A DNA stretch of 63,163 nucleotides, filler included, from Vannella sp. (Eukaryota): NCBI GenBank assembly GCA_023345925.1. It is 4 parts of 4 records of this genome, joined end to end, with 100 filler letters (N's around TTAATTAATTAA, not from the genome) between each part and the next. Parts side by side here need not be neighbours in the genome. Positions count along the whole stretch, not along the records: positions 18,100 to 40,989 come from JAJQQN010000996.1; 3 more parts are not named here. The stretch is one strand, 5' to 3'. Shown one piece after another: positions 23,870 through 35,669 of this stretch. The number at the start of each line of letters is the position of its first letter. The stretch's first letter is position 1. A model generated the notes under the pieces. It saw nothing but the letters and a program-made list of their open reading frames with translations. It ran no database searches and was not told the DNA's origin. A program made the translations under genes and the position numbers.

Positions 23870-25393
23870 CTACACAGGGAGCTTCTCGTTGGCTGAGCTC
23901 CGCAATACAGGTGACGATAACGTATCCGGGTTCCGTTTCACTGCAAGTCACTTAGACACTTTCCAGAGGGCTGCGCGTTCATTCAAAGAGGGAGTCTTAC
24001 CTCGCGTGAATCGAGAGAAGGATTTATCCTTCTTGACGTCCTCTTCCGTAAGCTCTTTCCCACTCATGACAAAAGAGCCATCGTCCTTGACAGTCCTGAA
24101 GAGGGAAACGTCGAATGGATCGGTTAGGTTGGGCACTAGAGGGGGAGTCTCGTTCAAAAGTACTAGAAAGACGATTGTCTATCAGAGGCGGATCTCTTAG
24201 ATTGAAAGGAGCACTCACAAGGCCACTTGACTCCATGAAAAAACGGATGGGCGCGGACATCGGCGGCGCCATGTGTCGTGCCAAGCCGTTTCTTCGGGTT
24301 CAACGTTACAAGCCTTTTCACAAGGTCCTTTGCTTCACGAGAGACCTGCTTCATCTTCAGAAATGCACCGCTAGAGCGTGAATTCTGACCTGCGGATAGT
24401 CCGGAAGCTTCAGACCACACTTGAGGATCTGTGCAAAGGTCTCATCTCTGTTCTTGCCTTTGAAGGGAGTCTTTCCGAACTTCCTGATGCGTGAGGATGC
24501 GTCTGGGAAGCGGCACAGAAAGTGACTTACCAGCATCTCGTACAAAAGGATGCCAAATGTCCACCAATCTACTGCACTTGTGTGGCCATTGCCACTGATA
24601 ACCTCTGGAGCAACGTATTCCTCGGTGCCAACGAAGGAGTTGGTCACAAGGTTCGGTTTGACATCAATCTTGGTTTGATCTTCCCGTCCGAACATGTTGC
24701 GGATGACTTTGGCTTGTGTGGGGACTTGGCATTGCTTAGAAAGGTTAAAGTCTGTCAGCATGATGTGGCCACTCGAGTGAAGAAGGATGTTCTCAGGCTT
24801 CAGGTCTCGATAGATGATCCCCATCATGTGCAAGTACTCCATTCCCAGAAGGACCTCAGCAGCGTAGAAGCGAGCATGAGCTTCTGGTAGTGCTTTGACT
24901 GTTCCTGGCAGTCGGCGAAGGGCAGCGAAGAACTCACCGCCTCCGCAGAAGTCCATGATGAAAAACAGGTGATCCTCCGTCTGGAAGGAGTAGTAGAGCG
25001 TTACAATGAAAGGGTGGTTTGCTGTGACAAGGATCTCTCGTTCTGTAAGGACACGTTGGATCTGCGTGGCTTGTTAGAGGGCAAACAGCGACGGCTTTCG
25101 GCGCGGCGCGTTACCTTCTTCCGTTTCACCATTTCCTCTTTACTCATCGCCTTCATGGCGTAGGGGAGACCTGTGGCTTTGTGTTTTACCAGGTAAACAC
25201 GCCCCACGTCGCCTTTACCAATGAGATGGACGATCTCGAAGGAGTCAGGCCCTTCCATGTTCACCGTGTTCGCTTCCCCCTCAGAAAGAGGAACTGCCTT
25301 TGAAAAAGACGGCAGCGGGTCACCCTCAGCATCGTTCTCCTCCTCTATCCTTCGCGTCAACTCGTCGATCTTCCTCTTCCCCCTTCCCAAGTC
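23870..25393 (-). CDS. AGC kinase of the Fpk1/Kin82/Nrc-2/phototropin-kinase type (5' end not resolved, extends upstream)
   Basis: Motifs [69 protein letters not shown]. Several introns. Last exon ends at TAG 23870. Confidence 0.92.
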
Positions 25394-25774
25394 CTACCTG
25401 AAGCCGCGAACGAGTCCATCCCGCTAGGAAATGACCTTCTGAGGACACCTTTGCCGGTAGTCTTCAAGTCAGTCCTTCCCCCTAAGAGGATCCATCAGAA
25501 GGGAGGGGATTGGCGATCCCTCTTCATGTGAAGCTCATCACACGATGGTTCAGACAGGACCTTCCAAAGACGTTAAGGAACCTTTCTCAGGATTCGCGGT
25601 CGAGCTGGGAGGACATCGGGGAGCGAAAAAGTCGGTGCGTTGCGTTGAGTGCGTTTTCTCCCTCTAGGAGGGGAAGACCTTCCTTTCCACGAACGAAGGG
25701 CACCAACAACCAATAGATGTCCGTACATGAAGAGGAGTTTACATAAGAGGGGAGGGCTGATGAAGGGAGGAGGT

Positions 25775-26336
25775 TCAGTTCAGAAAGAATCTGATGGGAA
25801 GGCGGCGGGGCTCAACCACGGGAATCATACTCTCCTTTCGTAGCTTATTGATGAGACGGAGTCCACAAGCGTTGCAAAGACTACAAAGGGGAGAGAGTTA
25901 GACGATGCACACGAAGGGGGGGCCGACTTTGCGTACGATTTCGCTCCTTCAGGACCTCGTCGCCATTTGGGTGTATCTCCCCTTCCACATGCAGAACAGA
26001 GGCGCGGTAGTGTACTGGGATGAGGCTGGAGGCTGTTAGAACAGGAGCTCCACGCAAAAGGTCTGGACAAGCTCCTCTCACCTTCTTGAAGACAAAAGAG
26101 ACTTGCTCTGCCTCCATTTGAAGTGGCACGCTTTTGCCGCGCAGCGGAACCAACTTGCTGGAGTTGTGATCCACCAAGTCACTGGTGTTCACCTCTCTCA
26201 ATGGCAAAGGGGACGGGGAAGGCGACGAGGAAGGCGAAGGGGAAGGGGAAGGGGAAGTGGTCGGGGAAGGAGCCACATGAAATGGGTTTCTCGCAAGAAG
26301 GAATCCCAAGGAAGGGTTTGTGACGAGGAGGGACAT
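25775..26336 (-). CDS. GATA zinc-finger transcription factor
   Basis: After splicing: [29 protein letters not shown] (C-x2-C-x18-C-x2-C), preceded by a Ser/Pro-rich region. Two introns. The start is a best guess. Confidence 0.87.
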
Positions 26337-26541
26337 GGCAATTGGGAATGACCAAGCTTTCGAATGTGGATCCTCACCCGACCGGACAAATTTGATTGGC
26401 CCATTCCCGCGAACGAAAATAGCCCACCCAATCAATTTCGACTGCCAGATTATGGCGAGATCAGTCAACAGGCTCTTTTCCCCCTTCTGCTGGCCCAAAG
26501 AGGAGTAAATGTAGGTCAATTGATAAGAGCAAGAAAGGGAA

Positions 26542-29500
26542 TTAAGTGGTGCGGGCGGCATCGTCTTGTTCGATGATGTCTTCGGCCTCTTCTTTGTCAA
26601 TCAAATGGAGAGCGCTGGCGCGATCGTCCATTTTGATGGCAAAGAACTTGTCAGCAGCTTGGAGAAGCTCGGGCTTGAAGGTGGAGAGGATGAATTGAGC
26701 GTGCGTGCGACCATCAACGCTGGCCTGCTCGGTGATCATCGCAGCCACGGCAGTGCGGTAGACTGGGTCGAGTGCAGAATCGATCTCGTCAAAGAGATAG
26801 AAAGGAGCGGGGTCGCACTTCTGGATGGCAAAGATCAAGGCCAAGGCTGTGACTGCCTTTTGGCCTCCCGAGAGCAGCTCCACTGGAAGTGGCTCCCCGT
26901 TGGTGAAGGCCGCCTGATTCATTGCGTTAGTCTCTCTATGAAAAGAAGCCTTCTCTGGCTACGTACCTCAATAGAAACACCCTGATATCGGCGCACCTGT
27001 ACAGAAGGAGCTTCGGTCTCCTCGTCACTGTTCTCTTCGTCTTCGCCCGTCCCAATGACGACGGATAACTCAGCTCGGCCACCCGGAACCAGCTGTTTGA
27101 AGGTTTCCTTGAAGCGTGCAGACACTCCTTTCAGCGTAAGGCAGATAGCCTCGTCCTTTTGGCGGTCCAGAGTGTCAATCAGCATGTCAATGGCTTCTTT
27201 GGAGGCGTCCAAGTCGGTCATCCGAGCTTCGAGGTCAGCCTGCTGCTTTGTAAAGCTCTTCCATTGATCCAATGCTTTCTTGTTGACGTGACTGTACTTG
27301 CGGAGCTTCTCATTGACTTGATGGAGGGCCTTCATCAGCTTGGTAGTGGAAAAGTCACTGTACTTTTCAAATCCAGCAGGCAGAGAGCCCAGTTCACGGA
27401 CTTTCCGGAGATTGTCTTCTTTCTGTTGAAGGTAAAGCGAGCGCTTGTTGAAGAAGTTCTCAATGGTCTTGCTCTTGCTCTGAAGCTCTTCCACTTGCTC
27501 GTATTCCTCTTCTCGGAGAGTTTCAATGGTGTCTTTGAGTTGGGTAAGCTGGCCCGTCTTCCCTGCGAGAGCGTTTTCCATCTCTGTATAACGGCGATTG
27601 GCAGTGTCAAGTGCCTCTTGAAGCTGCCGGCGTTCGCTTTGTTGTTGCTCAAGAAGTGCTTCGGTCTCCATCAGACGAGCCCCAGACACGCGCCCGTGCA
27701 GTTCCTCTTGCTTTTTGAGCAGGTTGTCGTCCAGTAAGTGCTGAAGCTGCTCTTTGAGAGACTCAGCAGTGCCTCTGGCACTGTTATCTGCGATGAATGT
27801 CTGCTGGAGAATGCCAATCTCTTCATTCAATTCCGCCAACTCACTCTTCTCTTGCTCTGAGAGTTGGGAGCGGAAAGGCAACTTCTGTTCAGCTTCGAGT
27901 TCTTTCTGTGTTGTGTTGAGTTGCTTTAGCTCCACGTTCAACTCAACTAGAGTGCGTTCTCGTTGCTCAATAGCCTGTGCGCTTGACCTCATGTCCTTGG
28001 CAATCACTCGAATCTCAAAGTTACTCTCCTCCAAGAGTCGTTGTTGGACTTGAAGCTCGCTTTCAGAGGTCTGCAGCTGCTCTAACACTCCACGTACTCT
28101 CTCATTTGAAGCCTCCAAGTCCTTCTTTGTTGTGGCCGTGGCAACTTCCAAAGCCGTTAGCTTCTGCTTGATGGCACTCACTTGCTTTCGGCGCTGGCAA
28201 CGCGAGTCCCGGGCGTCATAGAATCCTCCCGTTAGTGCGCCCTTCTTGTTGATCTTATCACCTTGCTCTGTGACACAATCCAGGTTCTGAGTGCGCGCAA
28301 AGGAAGCGGCCACCTCCAATGAACGGCAGAGCAATGTTCTACCAAACACCTGCATCATTGCTGGCTTGTACATGGGCAAGAAGTGGTCTTTCAACACGCT
28401 TATCAATGAAAAGTAGTCGTCGGTTCGACGTGGCAAGTCCACTTCGTTGGGATTAAGTCGGTTCAGTGGCATGAAAGTCACTCGGCCCGCCTTTTTCTTG
28501 TTCATGATGTCGATGATTCGCGAGGCTGTCTTGTCAGTGTCAACAACAACAAAGAACAGTGCGTTTCCAGCAGTCACCTCTACTGCCGTGGTGAGAGAGT
28601 CTGGGCAGTCGAAGAGCTCAATAAGGGGGCCGTAGTAGCCTGTTATGTTGTTCTCCTGGACTATTTTCTCGACTGCTGCCAGGCCCGTCGCTGTTGCACG
28701 GTCGAGAGTAGCGTAAAGAGCCCGCTCGTGCATGGACAACTCTTCTCGAAACTTGGTGACTTGCCCTTCCAACTCAGCATCCTGTCGCCAGAGCTCCTTC
28801 CGCTCATTGGCATACGTATCACGTTGTCGGCGAAGTGTGGTACACTGCTTCACCAGATTCTCGAGTGTCTGGGAGCTTGCAGTCACAGTGACTTGCTTGG
28901 TGACTTGGTCTGCAGCCTTGGTCTTGACCGCTTGCACGAGCTCGCGAATGGAGCCCTGAAGCTCTGTTATTTGCTTTTCTTTCTCTTTGGCCGTGCGTTT
29001 GATGTTCGCGCTCTCTTCCTTGATAGCTCTATCGCGCTCCTTTTGGGAAGAGAACTGAGCACTGCGGCCCATCTTCGAGTATAAGCTGTTGAGGCGAGTC
29101 TCACACTGAGTAAGCTCCTCTGTGGTTGTCCTTTCAGCTTGCAGTGCCTTCTGATAAGCAGCAGTGGCCGCTTCCAGCTCCCCCTTCACTCGTGCAACCT
29201 CCTTTTCGAGGCTCTGAAGGTCTGCTTGGCCAGTGGTGGAGTCTGTTGTCTCACGTTGAAGATTACTCTTGCTCTCAACACACGCCAGATCGAGCTGTGC
29301 CTTGTGAGTAATCAGATCTTGAAGTTCCTCGTTCAACTGGGACTTGTCACGGACAAGAGCTTGAACTTCGGCCCCGATCTGTTTGAGCTCGCGCTCTCTC
29401 TGCTTGATCTCTGCCTGTCTCGTAAAGACAGCATCATGAACGCCAGCGTTCTCCTTTGCCTCGTCTCCTTTGGCGCTATCAAGCTTTTCCAGGCTTTCCT

Positions 29501-30304
29501 CGGCTTCTTGGAGTTGGCTTTGGTAGAGGCTGTACTCGATACAGCGCTTCTGTTTGTCTAGCTCTTCATACTTGCGCAGCTCGTCCTTCTCTTCTTCCAG
29601 CTCTGCCAGGCGCTCGGTGATGTAATCGAGGAGCTCTTGAGACTTGATTCGGTTGTTATCTCCTTCGCGGATGAGTTTGAGGCTTTCTGCCTTCTTCTCT
29701 TCGTATACACGTGTACCTGCTACCTCTTTGAGTAGGCTGAGGCGCTCGCGGTCCTTCATGAGCGTGAGATCATTGACCTTGCCCTGTTGGACGATGTAGT
29801 ACGGGTTGGAACGAGAGAATCCGGCACTTTCTAGCAAGCTGACGACTTCCTGTTTAGTCACACGCTTGTCATTGATGCAGTAGTAGCCCTCCTTTGATCT
29901 CCCGATCACCCTCCGAAGGACGACTTCGGTCTTGTCAATCTACATCGCACGTGAGCACAGGGAGCCAACGAAGAAGGCCATCACGTACTGGGATACGTTC
30001 ATCTGAGTTGTCGAAGTGAATGGCAACCTGTGCTTCAAAGGCAGGCTGACCAGAGCGCTCAAAGAGGAGCTGTTGTCTCTCCTCGGCGCGTAAGTTTGTG
30101 AGAGACTCGCTCAAGACGAATCGGATGGCTGTACGATCATAAGATACGGAAAGGTAGCCTGCCTACTGTCTTACCCTCAAAGAAGTTTGACTTGCCCGAA
30201 CCATTCAAACCCACAACGGCGGTTACATTCGGACTGAATGTCTCCTCGTTCGAGGCATGATGGTAGCTCTTGAAGCCGTCAATGACGACCTTCTTAATGT
30301 GCAT
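26542..30304 (-). CDS. SMC3: Cohesin subunit SMC3
   Basis: MHIKKVVIDGFKSY, Walker A GLNGSGKSN, LLESAGFSRSNPYYIVQQGK, hinge (GRVTFMPLNRL), LSGGQK signature, CDPAPFYLFDEIDSALD. Three introns. Confidence 0.97.
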
Positions 30305-30371
30305 CGGACCAGAAGGAAATGATCGACATCAGCGAGCCCCGCGACACAACGAAGGTCATCATTACGCTCCA

Positions 30372-30385
30372 TTTTCCCGCCAAAA
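30372..30385. promoter_or_regulatory. E2F-type site TTTTCCCGCCAAAA upstream of SMC3
   Basis: Matches the overlapping E2F consensus on both strands, about 68 nt upstream of the ATG. Confidence 0.6.
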
Positions 30386-30622
30386 GTTGATTACGCACGA
30401 CCAACGAACAAAACCAGTTGAATACCCACCATGTTGGATTCCACTTTCAACCAGACGAATTGGAAATTCAAATAACCACCCCTACTTCTCATTTGACTCA
30501 CCAGAAGGCCCTGCTTTAGGTTTGGGTTTGTGTGAAATCGTTCGGGACTGGGCAAAGATCATCTTTGTGACAGTCAGGACCTCCATGAACGTGGAAAAGA
30601 TCAGTTTTGTTCCGTTTAATGT

Positions 30623-32551
30623 TCATTTGACCTCAGGTTTGTTGTTGAGGGCCTGAAAGAGCTCATCGAAGGGGGCGAAGATGTTCCCGCGAACAAAGTC
30701 GTTGTCGACGAGGTTGACGAGGTAATAAGAGTCGTGGATCTCGGTGATGATCTCCCGAGATCGGGAGCCCTCTTCGTAGAGATCGCGCCACTCGCTTTTC
30801 CACAGCTCGAAGGCTTCATCCTTCCAGATGGGGAAGCTCTCCGGGTCGACCACGGTGGGCTGAATGATCTCTTTCTGTGGGAACACTCCCCAAGTGACGG
30901 CATTAACAGCGGACATGTTCTACTTTGCGTTGAGAACCAGAAACTGAAGAAATAGCGGTGGCACTTACTGTGTTGGTGATGCTGTCACCCTCGCGATTGA
31001 GAGCATGGAAAGTGAATGAAGGGTGCTTCTTGAGGATGGCAACGAGTCGGTGGAGCAACTCAGGTGACAAGAAGAACTCCAGGTAGGCCTTCTGGTACAC
31101 ATACCCGCCCTGCTCGCCCCAGCCGTGGATCGGGTCGGTGGAGGGAGCGCCATTGACGGCAGGCTGTGAGTTTGTTGTAAAGATGCCTTGGCGATTGAGT
31201 CGGAGTAGTCTTTCCTCCAGTACCTTCGTCTCGAGTGCTAGAGAGCACTCCTCTGACCAGGGCAAGTGGCTGATCTCTCCCTGGAGGAATCGGCAGAAGA
31301 CATTCCCAATGTCCTGAATGCTGGAGAGAGAGTCTCCCCACATCTTGCGTTTCTGTTCGTGATCGGCACCCGGAGAGCGGAAGAGGTAGTACTCCGCTAG
31401 GTTGCCAAAGGCAGGGGAACTGCTGTCTCCCCAACGCCCATTGGGGAACTCGTCCCAATCCTTGGTCCTCATGAGGTAGCTCTTTGGGCGACCACTCCAG
31501 AAGATCGGGCGAACCTTCTCCTGTTGTCTTTTGGTGTTGGCAGAGCAGAGCCAGGGAAGCTCTTTGGCGTTACCACGAGGATTCCACATTCCTAGCTCAA
31601 CCACGATCTCCTTCACTGCAACCTCGCGGTTGAGAGTGTAGAAGTGGAAGCCAATGGTAACTCCAGAGGCTAAGATCTTGCGGCACATCTCCACAGCGAT
31701 GGACACTCCAAACCGGCGAATAGCCTCGTCATCGTCTTTCCGTGCTTCGATCTCTCGCACGATCTTCTCTGGAGGGCGGAGCTTACTGAGCTTCATCAAG
31801 TGGCGAATAGAAGCATAGCTCTGGATTGGCAAAACTCCAGGGATAATGGGGCAGTTGATGCCGACCTCTCTGCAGTCGCGGACAAACTGGATGAAAGTCT
31901 CCGCCTCGAAGAAGAGCTGTGTGATGATAAAGTCTGCACCCGCATCCACCTTCTCCTTGAGGTAATGAAGGTCCTTCTCGATGCTCTCGCAGTCAGGATG
32001 ACCGTTTGGGTAGCCGGCCACGCAGATACCGAAGAAGGTTCCGTACTCCTCTCGGATGAAGCGCACCAAATCAGAAGCATACTGGAAGTCTGAGTTCTTT
32101 GGGTTGTACGTGGACTCGTCCACTGGCAGATCTGAACCACATAGCTTAGCACAAAAACTGGACTTTCGGGTAGGTACGTACCACCGCGTAGAGCTAAGAT
32201 GTTACGGATGCCTGATTCCTTAGCATGGTCCAAGATGCGACGCATCTCGTCCTTCTTGTTGTTGATGGAGGTCAAGTGGAGCATCGCGGGCAAGCCACAA
32301 TAGTTGATTGCGTTGGCCGCCACAGAAAGGGAGCCTGTGCATGAGTTGCTCACAGGATCACCACCTCCAGCTCCCCAAGTGATATCGATGAAGAGGGGAT
32401 CTCCCGCTGCTAATCGGTCGAAGCGAGAGAAGAGATTAATCGCTCCAGCCTTGGTGCGGGGAGGGAAGAACTCCAACGAGAAGAAAGGAACACCCTCCGC
32501 CTCCCGAGCTTGGATCTTCTCAATCAGGGTACCAGAGGCAACAGCAGGCAT
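30623..32551 (-). CDS. MTHFR: Methylenetetrahydrofolate reductase, eukaryotic type with C-terminal regulatory domain
   Basis: Motifs [74 protein letters not shown]. Two introns. Confidence 0.97.
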
Positions 32552-32675
32552 GACCAGCTTAGAAAAAAGGCTCTGCTACGTCAGCCGCGCCGCTCAACAT
32601 GTCAAAGCTCATTCAAAGAAAGTATGCATTCCCACCAATCGGAAGAGGGCTGGACAAAACACTGTATGTCAGTCA

Positions 32676-33841
32676 TCAGCTTTTGTAATTGTCGCAATCG
32701 TCCTTTTCTTGTTGCCTTTGTAATTGAATGAGTTCTAAGAGACCATCCATTGATGTCACGTCGATGTCGTCCACTGGCCGAGCATTGGAGGTGGAGAGGG
32801 AGGGTTGGATGTGGATGGGAGAGGAGACAAAGCGGAAGTCTAGGGGAGCGATGTGGTCTGCAGGTTCGGAAGCTTGTTGAAGAGCGAGATGGAGGAGAAA
32901 CAGCTCTTCCCAGGAGAACAAGAGCGGGTCAGTCACTCTCCCGAACGGGTTAACGTCCACCAACACCACACGGGGCTTCCTCTTTGTGAGATTCTCAAAG
33001 TAGACATCGAAGACGACTGTAGAAAGAGGGAAGGTGAGCAGGAGATAGAGGATACAAGAGGGGACCCACAAGAGTGCGAGGAGAACTTGCTCCGAAGCTT
33101 AGCCTCAAAGAATCTCTCCAGAGTTTGCTCCAGCTGTTGGACATACTCTTGGAGGTATGGAAAGTACTGGTCGGGAGCTCGTTGAGACACCCCTACCAAG
33201 CGATCGTGGGAAACGAAGCAGCGGAACTCAGAAGAGGGGAGGATCTCTTCCCATTTGCGCAGTACCAACACGTATTTGACATGCTCAGGCTGATCACCGT
33301 CTTCACAATGATCGAAAGGATCGATCAGATCGTGCATCACACAGTCAGAGCTCTTCAGGAGAAGCAAAACTTGGTCCGCGTCCTCGCACTTCATGTTTCC
33401 CGTCCAGTTCATCCAAACAGCATCCTATGATCCAAAACTGAGCTCAAAGAGTTCATCTGAACCGCTAACAAACCTTTGGGCTGGACCAATTGAGTTTGGG
33501 AAGAACAGCTCCTCCCAGTTCAGCAATGGCTTGTCCAATCTGGTCTAACAGCTGTGGAAACTGTACTCTCATAAGTCTAAAGGACGTACAACACCTCAGT
33601 AACCTACCATCGCTGAGGAAGGGCTTCCCTCCATCTCCTCCACCTCCGCATTGGAGAAGGCCGAGTCACAGTCTTCGTACTCCTCCACAGAACTCCGTAC
33701 CGTGCTCGTAATGAACTTGCCGTGAACAAGCCACTCCACAAACGCCGGTTCCAAGTCGATAACCTTGCTCTCGATCGAAAGCTTCCCCCAAACCTCCACC
33801 CAGCGTGTAAACTGGCACTCAAGGACGTGTTTGACCCGCAT
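32676..33841 (-). CDS. CDC123: Cell division cycle protein 123 (eIF2 assembly factor, D123 family)
   Basis: Spliced motifs ECQFTRW, PKLNWSSPKDAVW, LLLKSSD, LVLRKW..EFRCFV...VSQR, VFDVY, LVDVNPF..TDPLLFSWEEL. Three introns. Confidence 0.92.
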
Positions 33842-33877
33842 CCTGTTATAAAATGGCGCATTTCCCCTCATTTGGAG

Positions 33878-35608
33878 ATGGCCATGGAGCGGGTGCTGCT
33901 CGTTCTGATGTTTGCGCTTCTGGTTGTGGGCGAGGACTTCTATGTGGCGAATAGTGGCTCCGCGGCATCAAGAAACTGCTCTATGGAGGAGCCTTGCTCG
34001 AGTATTCAGCAGGCTGTCACGATCTTTGGGGCTGGGACTGATCAGATGACGATCTACCTTGGTCCAGGAGTGTATTCTGGTGCTTCTAACATTGGTATTG
34101 ATTACCCTTCGGTGCCTGTAACACTACAACGATGGAATAAGGACCCGGGAGCTGTTGTTCTCGATGGGGCCGACAATGCCCTCACTTGCATCACCGCCAC
34201 ACACAGCTTTACCATTGTCTCGGTGGATATCCAGGGCTGTAAACAGGCCTCTGTCTACTTCCTTGCCGAGAATGAGAGCCAACGTCTCCAGATCTCTTCC
34301 TCTTCCATCCAGGGAGGAGAAGTTGCGATTGAGAGTACCAGCGGCACCATCGCCTTGAATAACGTCCGCATCTCCATCCCTTCTGTTATCAATCCGATAA
34401 GATACGCCATAGACGTACGTTGTGCCTCGTTTCTAGCCTACAACGTCACTATCCGAGACTTCAACAGCGCTTATCAAGTCAAAGCGGACCGCTGCGAGAT
34501 CAAGGGCGGGTCCATTAACGCTATCAGCTATGGTATCTTGGCCACCACTACGAGCTTCACTCTTGAGGGAGTTCAGTTCACGAACTGTGCCAACCCCGTC
34601 AAGCTTCTGGGGACAGCGGATGGCTTGGGAATGATTATTACCGGCTGCAGCTTTGACAAGACGGGTGCTATCTCCTACCAAGGACCTGTAGGTGTACCTC
34701 CGCTCAACACTGGTGCTATTGAGGCTTGTGCCTTCCGCTCCACGTCAGTGAACGCCATTTACATCGTGGGAGGTGAATGGACGCTACAGATCACTGCTGT
34801 GAGTGTCAGCGACATCAAGTACGGAGTTGGAGATGTCCCTGTCCCAGCTATTTCCTTCACTGGGGCTCCTACTTCGGTTATCACAGTATCTGGATGTAAA
34901 GTGGACGGATCAGTCGTTTTGGGTGGTGCAGGGGGCGCTCTTTCGGTGACCCAAGCAGCTGAGCTCCTGATAAGAGACTGCACCTTTGAGAACAACTTCG
35001 CCAAGAGTGGCGGAGCGCTCTTCATTGCAGATGTGGGGAATGTGACGATCGTTGGGTCGACCTTCCGGAACAACAACGCCTCTTTCTCTGGTGCTGCAGC
35101 CGCGATCACAGTCGGCCGTAACTTCTCTATGAGTGGTTGTACCATTGATGTGGCGTCATCTCCTCAGGGGGCGCTCCATTTGACCACCACTCAACCCAAC
35201 ACTCCCGTCCGTGTCAGTTCGTCCTCCTTCATGCACTGCAACGAGTCTGCGATCTACTTTAGCGGCTGCACTGGGGTCTTGTACGTGGATAGCCTTATGT
35301 TTGACTCTGAACCAGTCTACGCCGTCGAATGCCCCTCCCGATCGGGACAGCCCGACTGCCAACTTACTGTGCAGTTCCAGACCTCCACTGCCCTGGCCAT
35401 GGCCAACAGCTCTGGCTCTGGGGTAGTGAGCAGCTACTGCAAGACTATCGGAGGGCCCAAAGGGATGCCAGTGACCGCGTGGGTGGGAGTGTTCATTGGT
35501 GTCCTTTGTGGCATCATCCTGATGTGCTTGTGCTGTGGGTGGGTCATCCACCAAGTCAAACTAAGACGCAGTCGAATCCGAGAGGACTACGAGCTCATCG
35601 AAGACTAG
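33878..35608 (+). CDS. Type I membrane protein with right-handed beta-helix (pectin-lyase-like, Pmp-like GGA/FxxN repeats)
   Basis: Signal peptide, FYVANSG..C...PCSSIQQA..IYLGPGVY, repeats GGALSV/FENNFAKSGGALF/FRNNNA, C-terminal TM helix and short tail with YELI. Intronless. Confidence 0.8.
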   Translation: MAMERVLLVLMFALLVVGEDFYVANSGSAASRNCSMEEPCSSIQQAVTIFGAGTDQMTIYLGPGVYSGASNIGIDYPSVPVTLQRWNKDPGAVVLDGADNALTCITATHSFTIVSVDIQGCKQASVYFLAENESQRLQISSSSIQGGEVAIESTSGTIALNNVRISIPSVINPIRYAIDVRCASFLAYNVTIRDFNSAYQVKADRCEIKGGSINAISYGILATTTSFTLEGVQFTNCANPVKLLGTADGLGMIITGCSFDKTGAISYQGPVGVPPLNTGAIEACAFRSTSVNAIYIVGGEWTLQITAVSVSDIKYGVGDVPVPAISFTGAPTSVITVSGCKVDGSVVLGGAGGALSVTQAAELLIRDCTFENNFAKSGGALFIADVGNVTIVGSTFRNNNASFSGAAAAITVGRNFSMSGCTIDVASSPQGALHLTTTQPNTPVRVSSSSFMHCNESAIYFSGCTGVLYVDSLMFDSEPVYAVECPSRSGQPDCQLTVQFQTSTALAMANSSGSGVVSSYCKTIGGPKGMPVTAWVGVFIGVLCGIILMCLCCGWVIHQVKLRRSRIREDYELIED

Positions 35609-35626
35609 GAGAACCAATAAACTCCC

Positions 35627-35636
35627 TTTTCCCGCC
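35627..35636 (+). promoter_or_regulatory. E2F-type site TTTTCCCGCC upstream of the WD40/DCAF gene
   Basis: 33 nt upstream of ATG 35670, with a CCAAT at 35614-35618. Confidence 0.45.
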
Positions 35637-35669
35637 CATTTGGACCCATTTTCTCTCCCCCTCGGCCCC

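Noticed and set aside
26205..26270. Purine-rich GGGGAA repeat with G-quadruplex look
   Set aside because: Explained as the antisense of the (Ser-Pro)n coding tract of the GATA factor.
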